NCBI GenBank assembly: GCA_001805445.1
Contig: MHGF01000029.1
Location: 4,270 to 68,269 of the forward strand
DNA from: Omnitrophica WOR_2 bacterium GWF2_43_52
Lineage (GTDB): Bacteria; Omnitrophota; Gorgyraeia; Gygaellales; UBA12090
Reading direction: 5' to 3'
Length of the DNA stretch: 64,000 bases
Made by a program: the position numbers and the translations under genes. Under the pieces are notes generated by a model, which saw only the letters and a program-made list of their open reading frames with translations, had not been told where the DNA came from and made no database searches. Below, one piece after another: positions 19,739 through 30,300 of the stretch (within the stretch, counting starts at the first letter, position 1; each line of letters begins with the position of its first letter).

Positions 19739-22700
19739 ATGAACAGCCGTCAAAACTTAGAAAAATACGGGCTTTATGATTCGCGCTTTGAACATGATTC
19801 CTGCGGCGTGGGTTTTGTCTGCGACATTAAGGGAAGAAAGGCAAATGCCATTGTTACGCAGGGCGTAACTGTGCTTAAGCGCCTTTCGCATAGGGGCGCA
19901 ACCGGCGCGGATCCAAAAACAGGAGACGGGGCAGGGATACTTATTCAGACGCCTCATGAATTCTTTTGCAAAGCCGCGGAAGCCGCAAAAATTACCCTCC
20001 CGCCTTTTGGAGAATATGCTTCGGGTTTAGTGTTTTTGCCTACCAACGCCAAGGAAAGAAAGTTCTGCAAAGAAGTATTTGCCCAAAGTATAAAAAAAGA
20101 GGGGCAAACTCTCTTAGGCTTTAGAAAAGTTCCTGTTGATAGTTCTGTTATCGGTAAAGCGGCGCAAGATAGCCAGCCGGTGATTGAGCAGATATTTATT
20201 GGCAAAGATAGAAGTAATAGTACGGGGTTCAGGGGACAGCCTGCCTGCCGGCAAGGTAGGGGTTCAGGGGACAAGCCGCAGGCAAAAAGTCAAGAGTCTC
20301 TCGAATTTGAGAGGAAGCTTTATGTTATCCGAAAGCAGGTAGAAAATACCATTCGCTCGTCAAATTTAAAACAAAAATCATTCTTTTATATCCCTAATCT
20401 TTCCAGCCGCACGTTTTCCTATAAAGGCCTGCTGATGCCTGAGCAGGTGGATAAATTTTTCCTTGATTTGCAAGACGAGAGCATAAAAAGCGCGATCTGC
20501 CTGGTGCATTCACGGTATTCAACTAATACCTTCCCGACATGGGATTTGGCGCAGCCGTTTCGGTTCCTGGCGCACAATGGCGAGATAAATACCTTACGCG
20601 GCAATGTTAACTGGATGTCAGCGCGCGAGGGATTATTAAAAAGCGAGCTTTTCGGTAAAGATATTCAGAAGCTAAAGCCGGTTATCGTGCCAGGGGGAAG
20701 TGACTCGGCAATGCTGGATAACGCCTTTGAATTGCTTGTGCTTTCCGGAAGGCCCATTTATCATGCCATGATGATGTTGATTCCGGGCGCGTGGGAACAG
20801 CATGCGTTAATGGATGAGAAACTCAAAGACTTTTATAAATACCATGCCTGTTGTATGGAGCCGTGGGATGGCCCTGCCGCGATTGCCTTTACTGATGGTA
20901 TCCAAATAGGCGCGGTGCTCGACAGAAACGGCCTTCGCCCGGCGCGGTATGTGGTGACTAAGCAAGATTTAGTGGTTATGGCATCGGAAGTGGGGGTATT
21001 GGATATTCCTGCTTCAGACATTGTTACTTCAGGCAGGCTTGAACCGGGGAAGATGTTTTTTATAGATACCCAAGAGCAGCGCATTATTAACGATGATGAG
21101 GTAAAGCAGAGGGTATCCCGCCAACGGCCCTATGGAGCGTGGCTTAAGGAGAACCTGTTAGAGTTTGATGCGTTGACAAGAAAGACGAAGGACGTGGGAC
21201 GAAGGACGAAGGACGATTATGACATACTGACGCAACTCAAAGCTTTTGGGTATACTCGCGAAGATTTAAAAGTTATCATCAAGCCAATGGCTGAGGAAGG
21301 AAAAGAGCCTACGGGCTCAATGGGTAATGATGTGCCCCATGCCGTGCTTTCTAAGCATCCTCAGGTCCTGTATACTTATTTTAAACAACTCTTCGCCCAG
21401 GTTACCAATCCGGCGATAGACCCTATCAGAGAAGAATTGGTGATGAGCCTTTTTAGTTTTGTGGGCTCGCAGAAGAACATCCTGGATGAAACTCCGCAGC
21501 ACGCGCATAAATTACTGGTGAAAGAGCCCATTCTTACCAATGACGGCTTAGAGCGGTTTCGCGCAATCAAAGAAAAGGGGTTTAAATCCAAGATAATCTC
21601 TATACTTTCTCCCGCGGAAGGCGCGAAAAAAGATAAAAAAAGCGGCTTCCTAAAAACCCTTAACCGTATCTGCCAAGAGGCGGCCTCCGCTATAAAAAAA
21701 GGTTATAGTTTTATTATTTTAAGCGACCGTGGGGTGAATAAAAACTATATGGCCTTACCCGCGCTTTTAGCGGTGGGCGCGGTGCATCATTATCTGGTCA
21801 AAAAGGCATTACGCACCCAAATCGGTATTATTTTAGAGGCTGCCGAGCCGCGGGAGGTGCATCATTTTGCTTTATTATTCGGTTATGGCGCTGATTGTAT
21901 TAATCCCTACTTGGCATATGAGGCAATTAAACACCTCATTAATGAAGGCCAGTTAAACTTAGAGCCTGAAAAGGCATTAGAAAATTACCGCCATGCCCTT
22001 GATAAAGGAATATTAAAAATACTCTCTAAAATGGGTATTTCAACCTTACAGAGTTATCGGGGCGCCCAGATATTCGAGGCTTTGGGGATACATCAGGAAG
22101 TCATTGACAAATGTTTTAGCGGGACTGTTTCGCGTATCGGCGGAGCCGGCTTTCAGGAAATTGCCGAGGAGACACTGCTTAGGCATACAGCCGCGTTTTC
22201 TGAAAATTTATTGCACTTCCCTTATTTAGCAAGCGGCGGCGTATATCAATGGAAAAAAGACGGAGAATACCATCTTTGGAATCCGGACACTATCGCCGCG
22301 TTACAGGATGCCGCCCGGCGCGGGGACCATAAGAAATATAAAGAATTCGCAAGCCTCATTAACGACCAGTCTAAAAATCCCACTACCTTACGAAGCCTGC
22401 TGAAATTTTTCTCCGAAGGCTCATCCGCCTCTGGCGGAAAACATACCAAAGCGATTTCTATAGACAAGGTTGAGCCGGCGCAGGCATTATTTAAGCGTTT
22501 GGCTACAGGAGCGATGAGTTTTGGCTCTATCTCCCGCGGCGCCCATGAAAATTTGGCCTTTGCCATGAATAAGCTTGGCGGCCGTTCAAACACCGGTGAA
22601 GGCGGCGAAAACCCTGAACGCTTTAAACCCCTTCCTAATGGTGCATCAGCTCGCAGTGCCATAAAGCAGGTAGCTTCGGGTAGGTTTGGGGTTACTGCCA

Positions 22701-24394
22701 ATTATTTAGTTAATGCAGATGAGCTGCAGATAAAGATTGCCCAAGGCGCAAAACCCGGAGAAGGAGGCCAGCTCCCCGGGCATAAGGTAAGCGCGATTAT
22801 CGCCAAAACCCGTTATACTACCCCGGGAGTAACCCTTATTTCACCGCCCCCGCATCATGATATTTACTCTATTGAAGACCTGGCGCAATTGATATTTGAT
22901 TTAAAGAATGCCAACCCCCGGGCGCGTATAAGCGTAAAATTAGTTTCAGAAATCGGCGTAGGAACCATTGCCGCGGGCGTGGCAAAGGGGCACGCGGATA
23001 TGATTTTGATTTCAGGTGGTGACGGCGGCACGGGAGCGTCTCCGGCGAGCTCGATTAAACATGCCGGGCTCCCCTGGGAATTGGGAATTTCTGAAACCCA
23101 TCAAACGCTTGTGCTTAACGATTTAAGGAGCCGGGTGCGCCTTCAGACAGACGGACAAATGCGTACCGGACGCGACATAGCGATAGCCGCGATTTTAGGG
23201 GCTGAGGAATACGGTTTCTGTACCGCGGCGTTAATCATTTCAGGGTGTGTGATGCTCCGGCACTGCCATTTGAATACCTGTTCTGTGGGGGTAGCCACGC
23301 AGGATGTGATGTTAGAAAAAAGATTTAGCGGCAAGCCCGAATACCTGGTTAATTATTTTACTTTCGTGGTAGAAGAATTGCGGGAGATTATGGCCTCTTT
23401 GGGGATAGCCAAGCTTGATGATATGATTGGCAGGACCGAGCTTTTAGAAGTTAATTCAGAAATTATTCCCTGGAAGGCGAAAAGAATAGACTATTCCCGT
23501 ATCTTGTATAAGCCTAAAGCCCCAAAATCTATCGGCACCTATTGCATGATTACCCAAGATCACGGTATTGATACAATCTTAGACCGTAAGCTGATTGAGC
23601 TTTCCAAACCCGCATTGGAAAAGGCTCAAGGAGTAACGATAACTTTACCCATTGAGAATGTGAACAGGACAACCGGAGCGATGTTAAGCGGTGAAGTCTG
23701 CAGGCGTTATGGCGAAGAGGCATTGCCCGATGGGACCATCACTTGTAAGTTTAAGGGAATCGCGGGGCAGAGCTTTGGGGCATTTTTGGCAAAGGGCATT
23801 ACCTTTGAGCTTGAGGGCATGGCAAATGATTATGTGGGTAAGGGTATTTCCGGCGGTAAAATTATTATCTATCCGGATAAGCGGGCAACATATGTCTCCG
23901 AAGAAAACATTATTATAGGAAATACCACTTTTTACGGGGCAATTACCGGCGAGGCATATATTCGCGGTGTTGCCGGTGAGCGCTTTTGTATACGAAATTC
24001 TGGGTTATTCTCGGTGGTAGAGGGCGTGGGTGACCACGGCTGTGAGTATATGACCGGCGGCAGGGTAATAGTGCTGGGTAGAACAGGACGAAATTTTGGC
24101 GCGGGTATGTCCGGCGGAATTGCGTATGTGTACGATAAAAATGGCGACTTCAAAAATAAGTGCAATATGGAGATGGTGGCATTAGAAAAGTCTGATGCCG
24201 ATGATGAGCTTACCATACGCGATTTACTGCATAATCATTACCGTTATACCAATAGCCCTGTGGCCAAGCAGATGCTTGATAATTTTAATGATACGCTCAA
24301 GAAATTTGTAAAGGTTATGCCGCTTGAGTATAAGCGGATTTTAGAACAGAAGAAGCTGGAGAAGAAGCTGGATTTGGCGGAAGTGTCGGATTGA
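19739..24394 (+). CDS. gltB: glutamate synthase large subunit
   Basis: EHDSCGVGF, HSRYSTNT, EPWDGPA, QGAKPGEGGQLPG, C-terminal GXGXG domain. Confidence 0.97.
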   Translation: MNSRQNLEKYGLYDSRFEHDSCGVGFVCDIKGRKANAIVTQGVTVLKRLSHRGATGADPKTGDGAGILIQTPHEFFCKAAEAAKITLPPFGEYASGLVFLPTNAKERKFCKEVFAQSIKKEGQTLLGFRKVPVDSSVIGKAAQDSQPVIEQIFIGKDRSNSTGFRGQPACRQGRGSGDKPQAKSQESLEFERKLYVIRKQVENTIRSSNLKQKSFFYIPNLSSRTFSYKGLLMPEQVDKFFLDLQDESIKSAICLVHSRYSTNTFPTWDLAQPFRFLAHNGEINTLRGNVNWMSAREGLLKSELFGKDIQKLKPVIVPGGSDSAMLDNAFELLVLSGRPIYHAMMMLIPGAWEQHALMDEKLKDFYKYHACCMEPWDGPAAIAFTDGIQIGAVLDRNGLRPARYVVTKQDLVVMASEVGVLDIPASDIVTSGRLEPGKMFFIDTQEQRIINDDEVKQRVSRQRPYGAWLKENLLEFDALTRKTKDVGRRTKDDYDILTQLKAFGYTREDLKVIIKPMAEEGKEPTGSMGNDVPHAVLSKHPQVLYTYFKQLFAQVTNPAIDPIREELVMSLFSFVGSQKNILDETPQHAHKLLVKEPILTNDGLERFRAIKEKGFKSKIISILSPAEGAKKDKKSGFLKTLNRICQEAASAIKKGYSFIILSDRGVNKNYMALPALLAVGAVHHYLVKKALRTQIGIILEAAEPREVHHFALLFGYGADCINPYLAYEAIKHLINEGQLNLEPEKALENYRHALDKGILKILSKMGISTLQSYRGAQIFEALGIHQEVIDKCFSGTVSRIGGAGFQEIAEETLLRHTAAFSENLLHFPYLASGGVYQWKKDGEYHLWNPDTIAALQDAARRGDHKKYKEFASLINDQSKNPTTLRSLLKFFSEGSSASGGKHTKAISIDKVEPAQALFKRLATGAMSFGSISRGAHENLAFAMNKLGGRSNTGEGGENPERFKPLPNGASARSAIKQVASGRFGVTANYLVNADELQIKIAQGAKPGEGGQLPGHKVSAIIAKTRYTTPGVTLISPPPHHDIYSIEDLAQLIFDLKNANPRARISVKLVSEIGVGTIAAGVAKGHADMILISGGDGGTGASPASSIKHAGLPWELGISETHQTLVLNDLRSRVRLQTDGQMRTGRDIAIAAILGAEEYGFCTAALIISGCVMLRHCHLNTCSVGVATQDVMLEKRFSGKPEYLVNYFTFVVEELREIMASLGIAKLDDMIGRTELLEVNSEIIPWKAKRIDYSRILYKPKAPKSIGTYCMITQDHGIDTILDRKLIELSKPALEKAQGVTITLPIENVNRTTGAMLSGEVCRRYGEEALPDGTITCKFKGIAGQSFGAFLAKGITFELEGMANDYVGKGISGGKIIIYPDKRATYVSEENIIIGNTTFYGAITGEAYIRGVAGERFCIRNSGLFSVVEGVGDHGCEYMTGGRVIVLGRTGRNFGAGMSGGIAYVYDKNGDFKNKCNMEMVALEKSDADDELTIRDLLHNHYRYTNSPVAKQMLDNFNDTLKKFVKVMPLEYKRILEQKKLEKKLDLAEVSD

Positions 24395-24414
24395 TAATAG
24401 TTGAATAGTTACGC

Positions 24415-24567
24415 GGGTCCTGCCAGGGTTGTATTTTCGCAGGGACGTTCGTCCGCCGTAGGCGGACTCACTCGGCGTAAATTTTTGCACCCGCCACGGA
24501 AGTAATAGCGGGGCCAAGCTGCAAAAATTTTCGTACGCCCCGCTCAAACACAACCCTGTCACCCGCT
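24415..24567. repeat. long inverted-repeat element between gltB and gltD
   Basis: GCGGGT..CAGGGTTGT pairs with ACAACCCTG..ACCCGC; inner GTCCGCCGTAGGCGGAC hairpin. Confidence 0.7.
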
Positions 24568-24599
24568 ATAAGTGTTAAGAATTATTCGGAGAGTTCCTA

Positions 24600-26081
24600 A
24601 TGGCAGTTGATATCAAAGGTTTTTTAAAGGTGAAACGCGGGCATGCTGAATATCGGCCGGTCTGCGAGCGCGTTAAGGACTATAAGGAGGTCATTGTCTT
24701 AAGGAGCGCTTCGCAATCTGAGGAGCAAGGCTTGCGTTGTATGGACTGCGGCACGCCGTTTTGCCATTTTGGCTGCCCGGTTGGCAATTATATCCCGGAA
24801 TGGAATGAGTTGGTGGCATCCGGCAAGTGGCAGAAGGCATTTGAGCTCCTTAATGCCACTAATACTATGCCGGAGATTACCGGGAGGCTTTGCCCGGCAT
24901 TATGCGAATATGCTTGTGTATTAGGAATTAACGATGACCCTGTAACTATACGAGAGAATGAATTAGCAATTATAGAAACTGCCTTTAAAGAAGGATTTAT
25001 TAAGCCGCAGCCTCCTAAGAAGCTCACCGGAAAAAAGGTCGCGGTAGTCGGCTCAGGCCCCGCGGGGTTATCAACTGCCAGCCAGTTAAATAAAGCAGGC
25101 CATACGGTCGTGGTATTTGAAAAGTACACGCACGCAGGAGGTATTTTACGTTACGGCATCCCTGATTTTAAACTTGAGAAACGGGTGATTGATAGGCGCG
25201 TTGCTATCTGGAAAAAAGAAGGAATAAAGTTTAAGACCAATATTAATGTGGGTATAGATTATCCGGCCTCAAAATTATTAAAAGAATTTGACGCGGCCTG
25301 CCTTGCCGGCGGCTCAAGGGTTGCGCGCGATTTAAAGATAGAGGGCAGGGAATTAGCCGGGATTCATTTTGCCATGGATTATTTGATTCAGTCTAACCAG
25401 AGGGCTAGTGAAGAAAAACCAAACCCGCATTGGAAAAATTCCAATGCGGGTTTGGAAGTAGGTCAGCTTATTGATGCCAAAGGAAAGCGTGTATTGGTAA
25501 TCGGCGGAGGGGATACTGGTGCTGATTGCGTGGGGACTGCCAATAGGCAGGGCGCGTCTTGTGTGGTGCAGATAGAGGTTATGCCTAAGCCGCCTGAATG
25601 CCGCACTGAAGATATGCCCTGGCCAAGATATCCGATGCTGCTAAAAACTTCTTCAAGCCATGAAGAGGGTGGAGAGCGCCAATGGGCGGTTTTAACTAAA
25701 AAGTTTATCGGTGAAAATGGAAAGGTTACAAAGGTTTCTTGTGTAAGGGCGGAATTCCCGGGAAAAGACGCCAAAGGCTGCCCTGTGATGAGAGAGGTTG
25801 CGGGAAGCGAATTTGAGATTGAAGCGGACCTGGTAATTTTGGCAATAGGTTTTGTCCATCCCGAGCATGAAGGTTTGTTAAAAGGGTTAAAAATAGAGTT
25901 AGATTCCCGCGGTAACGTCAAAACCGACGAGAACTATATGACTTCCAAGAAGGGTGTGTTTTCCGCAGGCGATATGCGCAGGGGTCAATCCCTGATTGTC
26001 TGGGCAATCCACGAAGGCAGGCACGCAGCCCGCGCTATTGACGCCTACCTTATGGGTAAATCTTCATTACCCATTCTTTAA
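24600..26081 (+). CDS. gltD: glutamate synthase small subunit
   Basis: RCMDCGTPFC, GSGPAG, GGGDTG, GDMRRGQSLIVWAI. Confidence 0.97.
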   Translation: MAVDIKGFLKVKRGHAEYRPVCERVKDYKEVIVLRSASQSEEQGLRCMDCGTPFCHFGCPVGNYIPEWNELVASGKWQKAFELLNATNTMPEITGRLCPALCEYACVLGINDDPVTIRENELAIIETAFKEGFIKPQPPKKLTGKKVAVVGSGPAGLSTASQLNKAGHTVVVFEKYTHAGGILRYGIPDFKLEKRVIDRRVAIWKKEGIKFKTNINVGIDYPASKLLKEFDAACLAGGSRVARDLKIEGRELAGIHFAMDYLIQSNQRASEEKPNPHWKNSNAGLEVGQLIDAKGKRVLVIGGGDTGADCVGTANRQGASCVVQIEVMPKPPECRTEDMPWPRYPMLLKTSSSHEEGGERQWAVLTKKFIGENGKVTKVSCVRAEFPGKDAKGCPVMREVAGSEFEIEADLVILAIGFVHPEHEGLLKGLKIELDSRGNVKTDENYMTSKKGVFSAGDMRRGQSLIVWAIHEGRHAARAIDAYLMGKSSLPIL

Positions 26082-26253
26082 TAAAAAATTTAAAAACTAA
26101 TTTATATCTTGGCTTGATTTTTTTCTGATACATGTTATACTTTGTATAGAAATATGATTTTTATATGTATATAGATAAGCAATTCGCGCATACAAGTTAT
26201 GTTCACCTGCCGCTTTGCGGCGGTTCCATAACTTGTGCGCTCATTAAGGAGGT

Positions 26254-26544
26254 GTGATGGTAACTACCTTTGAGAAGAAGCAGATTGTCAGCAGTACAGA
26301 GCTTGTGCGGTCATTTAAAAAGTATGAAAATGAACTCCCCTTAGGAGATATTTTTATATTTAAACGCAATGCCCCTGAGGCTGTATTAATGGATTATTCC
26401 CGCTACGAGAAAATAAAGCAAAAGCTGGAAGAATTGGAAGAATTATTGGAGCATATAACTATTTATGAAATGGCTCAGCAAAGAAAATCCAGCCCAGCCA
26501 AGAAGGTCTCTTTAGAAAAACTGAAGAAGCAATATGGTTTATAG
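26254..26544 (+). CDS. Phd/YefM-like antitoxin
   Basis: IVSSTELVR...IFKRNAPEAVLM; overlaps downstream RelE-like gene. Confidence 0.7.
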   Translation: MMVTTFEKKQIVSSTELVRSFKKYENELPLGDIFIFKRNAPEAVLMDYSRYEKIKQKLEELEELLEHITIYEMAQQRKSSPAKKVSLEKLKKQYGL

Positions 26545-26842
26545 CCTAAAGTGGAAGCCGGAAGCCGAACGGGAATTTAAGAATCTTGATAAAGCAATTC
26601 AAAGGCAGGCATTTGCTCAGTTTAAAAAGTTGGAAAATTCGCCAGAACTTGGTGAACATTTAGGAGATAAGGCGGGTTTTGACCTTACAGGTTACAGAAA
26701 GCTTTATTTCTTTAAGAAAAAATACAGGGTAGTTTATGAGCTTGACTTAAGAAATAAAGAGGTCATTATCTATGCCATCGGCAAGCGGGAAAATATGAAG
26801 GTTTATCAAGAGCTTGCCAGGCGATTAGGAAAAGTGAAATAA
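26534..26842 (+). CDS. RelE/ParE family toxin
   Basis: EAEREFKNLD, LTGYRKL, YRVVY, AIGKR. Confidence 0.85.
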   Translation: MVYSLKWKPEAEREFKNLDKAIQRQAFAQFKKLENSPELGEHLGDKAGFDLTGYRKLYFFKKKYRVVYELDLRNKEVIIYAIGKRENMKVYQELARRLGKVK

Positions 26843-26846
26843 TTCA

Positions 26847-27006
26847 GCTTTCCCGACTTTGTTGCATGCATTATTTGTAACGCTTTGTTTACCAATGAGT
26901 TCTGATAGATTTTTACGCATTGATTCACTAACACGAATGCAAACGGATTGTAGCGGATGCAGACAGATTGTTTTTATCCGCGACATCCGTAATCATCCGT
27001 CTGAAT
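26847..27006. repeat. about 160 bp non-coding repeat, inverted copy at 43955-44092
   Basis: Shared GCTTTCCCGA, TTTACCAATGA, ACACGAATGCAAAC and TATCCGCGACATCCGTAA blocks. Confidence 0.85.
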
Positions 27007-27098
27007 CAGTATATCTAAAAACACAGGTTCATTAAAAACTATGTTTTATCTTTAACTCAAAAGTTGCAACAAACTTAAGAAACTATCGAAATAATAAC

Positions 27099-27126
27099 TT
27101 GACAAAATAAGTTTCTATGATATACT
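27099..27126 (+). promoter_or_regulatory. promoter of the giant gene
   Basis: TTGACA-N16-TATACT, TG extended. Confidence 0.75.
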
Positions 27127-27204
27127 TTAAATAAGTATTTAACAACAATTAGCTTATATATGTTGCTGGTGTATGGAGGTACGCCAACAACGTAACTAAT
27201 ATAT

Positions 27205-27250
27205 AATGCCGGATTGCCAAAAATGGTCAGTCCGGCATTTTTTATTTTTT
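27205..27250 (+). terminator. intrinsic terminator inside the giant-gene leader
   Basis: AATGCCGGATTG/CAGTCCGGCATT stem followed by a T-run. Confidence 0.75.
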
Positions 27251-27361
27251 GTCCATAACCAAACCCCGCAACCTACGCGGTTGACTTTTTTCCCCGACGG
27301 TAAATTTCCGCAACCTCCGCGGTTGACTTTGGTAAGGGGTTTTTATAGGAGGATTACAAAG

Positions 27362-30300
27362 ATGGTACGTAAGATAATCTCAATAGTAGTAACGATAGGC
27401 TTACTCTTTAACCAAGGCGGGGTTATTTATGCCGCGGGTGAACTTAACCTTTCAAGCTATCTTAGCCAGTTGCATACGAGCCTGGTTAAGCCCGATATCT
27501 TCCGGCCGGTGCACCTGCGCTATTTCTCCTATGACAGCCTGAATAACAGCTACAAGATACTCTTGGATAAAGGAGACTACACCAAGTCACCAAGTCACCA
27601 GGACACCCCCGACGCTTCGGTCGGGGCAGGCAGGTCACCAGAAGAAGATCTCGTGCTCAAGGAAACTGCCCAGGAGTTGATGGACTACTTCCTGATAGGA
27701 GTAACTCTCCCCAATGATACTTTTTGGGTAAACCTAAGGCCTGATGCCCCGGATACCATCATAGACCCTGAGTTAGAGACAACCGATATAGGTAAGATAT
27801 TCCTTGAGGCCGACCTCCAGCTCAAGAAGGATACCGCGAGCTTTACTTCACCCCAAACCCCTGAAGGCAAACAGTATTGGGATAAACTCTATAAAAAGGC
27901 AGGGGAATTATTTGGCTCGGAGAATATTACCATACCTACCTTAACCCGCCCATGGATAGTGCCCAATGAAATCATCGTAAGAGAAACAGATGATTCGGCC
28001 TATGTGTACAAAGCAACGCTTAAGGTGTTGCTGGAAGAAGATTATCTAAAAAGCTCTCAGCCTTCAGCTCTCAGCCCTCAGCAATACAATTTTAAAGATT
28101 CAAGGTTAAAAGAGCTCAATGAATACTCTACCCAGCTTATCAGAGAAACTATAATTCCTAAGCTTACCAGAGAGGTAAACTCAAGCCAAAGGTATGCTAA
28201 GTTACGGCAGGTATACTATTCGCTGATACTTTCAAGATGGTTTAAGGCTCGTTTTAATAGTAAAGAGTCACAAGGTCACCAAGTCACAAGGTCACAAGGA
28301 GAAAATTACATTAATTTAATTGATAGGCGTAATCTCACTAACCTTACCTCAGAAGAACTATGGGATAAGATTACCTATTTTAACCAATACAAAGACTCCT
28401 TCAACAAAGGTGAATATAATATCAAGGAACCTACGTTTACTGCCTACGGCCAGAGTATCAGGAGTTATACCAGCGGGGGGATTGGCATTGGGCAAGCGAT
28501 ATTACCTTTTGAAGCTGATATGCAAGGTCAAGGCGCAGGGAGTCCAATACGGGGAGGAAGTTTTCAAGGGAATAATCCTGTTATTTCTGATGCGGTAATT
28601 GGCGCAGATGAAAAGAGTATAGTTTTAGATGAAAATCTTGAAGTTGTTGAACAGAAGCCTGTTGCCCTCGCCGCCTCGCCGGTGACTGTTGAAGATGCAG
28701 ATCAAAAGATTCTGGATATTCTTGAAGAAGAATTTATTTCAGATATTTTCCCAAAAGATGTGGTAGAGAAGTTTAAAGAATATAAAAGCATTAAAATTAG
28801 CAAATTTAGCAATATTGATAAGGATGTTGGAATGCCCCATGCAAGAAAAGATATAGAGAAATTATCCAGAATAAAAGGCTTTCTTAGGTATGTTATGAAT
28901 GAGTACACTAAAATAAAAGAAAAAGATGAGACCCGAGCGCGGGTACTCCTTAATAAGATAAAAATCTTGCAAGAATATCTAGAACAAGCATTAGGTGGAG
29001 AATTGTCAGTGCTTAAGGAATTTGCCGCTAATATTAATGCTGGAAAAATAACAGTTATTAGCGTTGCCATATTAAAGCAATGGGAAAAATTAATGGCTGA
29101 TATGCTTATTTCTGAAAGATACCACGCATTTGTTAAGCATTTGACTAAGAGAAATATAGAATTCTCTCGGGCAGGGAGCCTGATGAAGATATTGAACTTA
29201 GAAAGAGCAGGTAAGCGCGCCACGCAATTTAAAATTAAAGCTGGAGAGACTCTCGAGAAAAAATATAACCCCGGAGATAAATTTATTTTCAACGATGTTT
29301 TGCCGGATATTGCTTTAGGAATTAACTTTGGGGGGATACTTACTGATATAATAGTAAACGCTAATCCGCTCTTGTGGGGAAATGTGCTTATTCTTCCCGA
29401 TCCCAGTAAGTGCCTTAGCCAATATTTTAACAAAGAAGCAGCGATAGTAGCTCTTAATTTATTGGATAAGTTTAACAACCCGGGTTATAAACTAGGATTT
29501 AATGGCCCTGGGGCTTTTGCTTCTGTCCCTCAACTTCATCTGCAGGGATTTGATTATTTTGACAGCACTGGAGAAGATAAATTGCCCGTAGAAAACGCTG
29601 AAAAAACTTCTTTTTTCAGCAATAACAACGTATCCATTATGACTCTATCAGATTGGGCAGTCAATACCATTGTTTTAAACGGTAGTTCATTAGATTCATT
29701 AAACAAAGCGCTGGTATTACTTACCGATATATTGCATAAACGTAATCAACCGTTTAATATCGTTTTCACAAAAAATAGTGATAACAACTATGCTGTGTAT
29801 GTTTTTCCTAGAAAGCTGGAAGGCCCTGGGGGGGTTTTTGGCACAGGCGTTGCATTTTTAGAGTTAGCCGGAGCAGTATTGTTTACTAATCAGAATTTTG
29901 GCGGAGTGATGTTAAAAGATAAAGATAAAGAAAATCTTGAACAGCGCATAGCTTATCTTAAAAACATACGTCAGATAATATTTGGGGGTGGGACTATTGC
30001 AGAAGACCTCGTTCAGAGTGTTGGACTCGATTGGAAGGATGTTTCCAGCAAATTGATCGAAAATGGTTGGGCGAAGCCAAAAAATAAAACAGAAGTGACT
30101 TTAACAGCAAGTTTGGAACAGGTAAAAGACAGCATGTCAAGAGTTTTTGGTGATAAATGGGAAAAAATTATCTCAATCCTGGAGATTGATGACTTTCGTT
30201 ATGAAAATGAAAAAAACAAAGACGGTGATTATGTTTATTATGCTCGTCCCAAGAGAAGCGGTGAAAGCAAAGAAATTACCCCGTCGGATCTTAGCAATAA

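Noticed and set aside
27206-27361. ORF-track start of the giant protein
   Set aside because: Runs through a terminator and repeats; SD and signal peptide point to ATG 27362.
28702-29478. 258 aa antisense ORF and other minus-strand shadow ORFs
   Set aside because: Antisense to clear genes, with no recognisable motifs.
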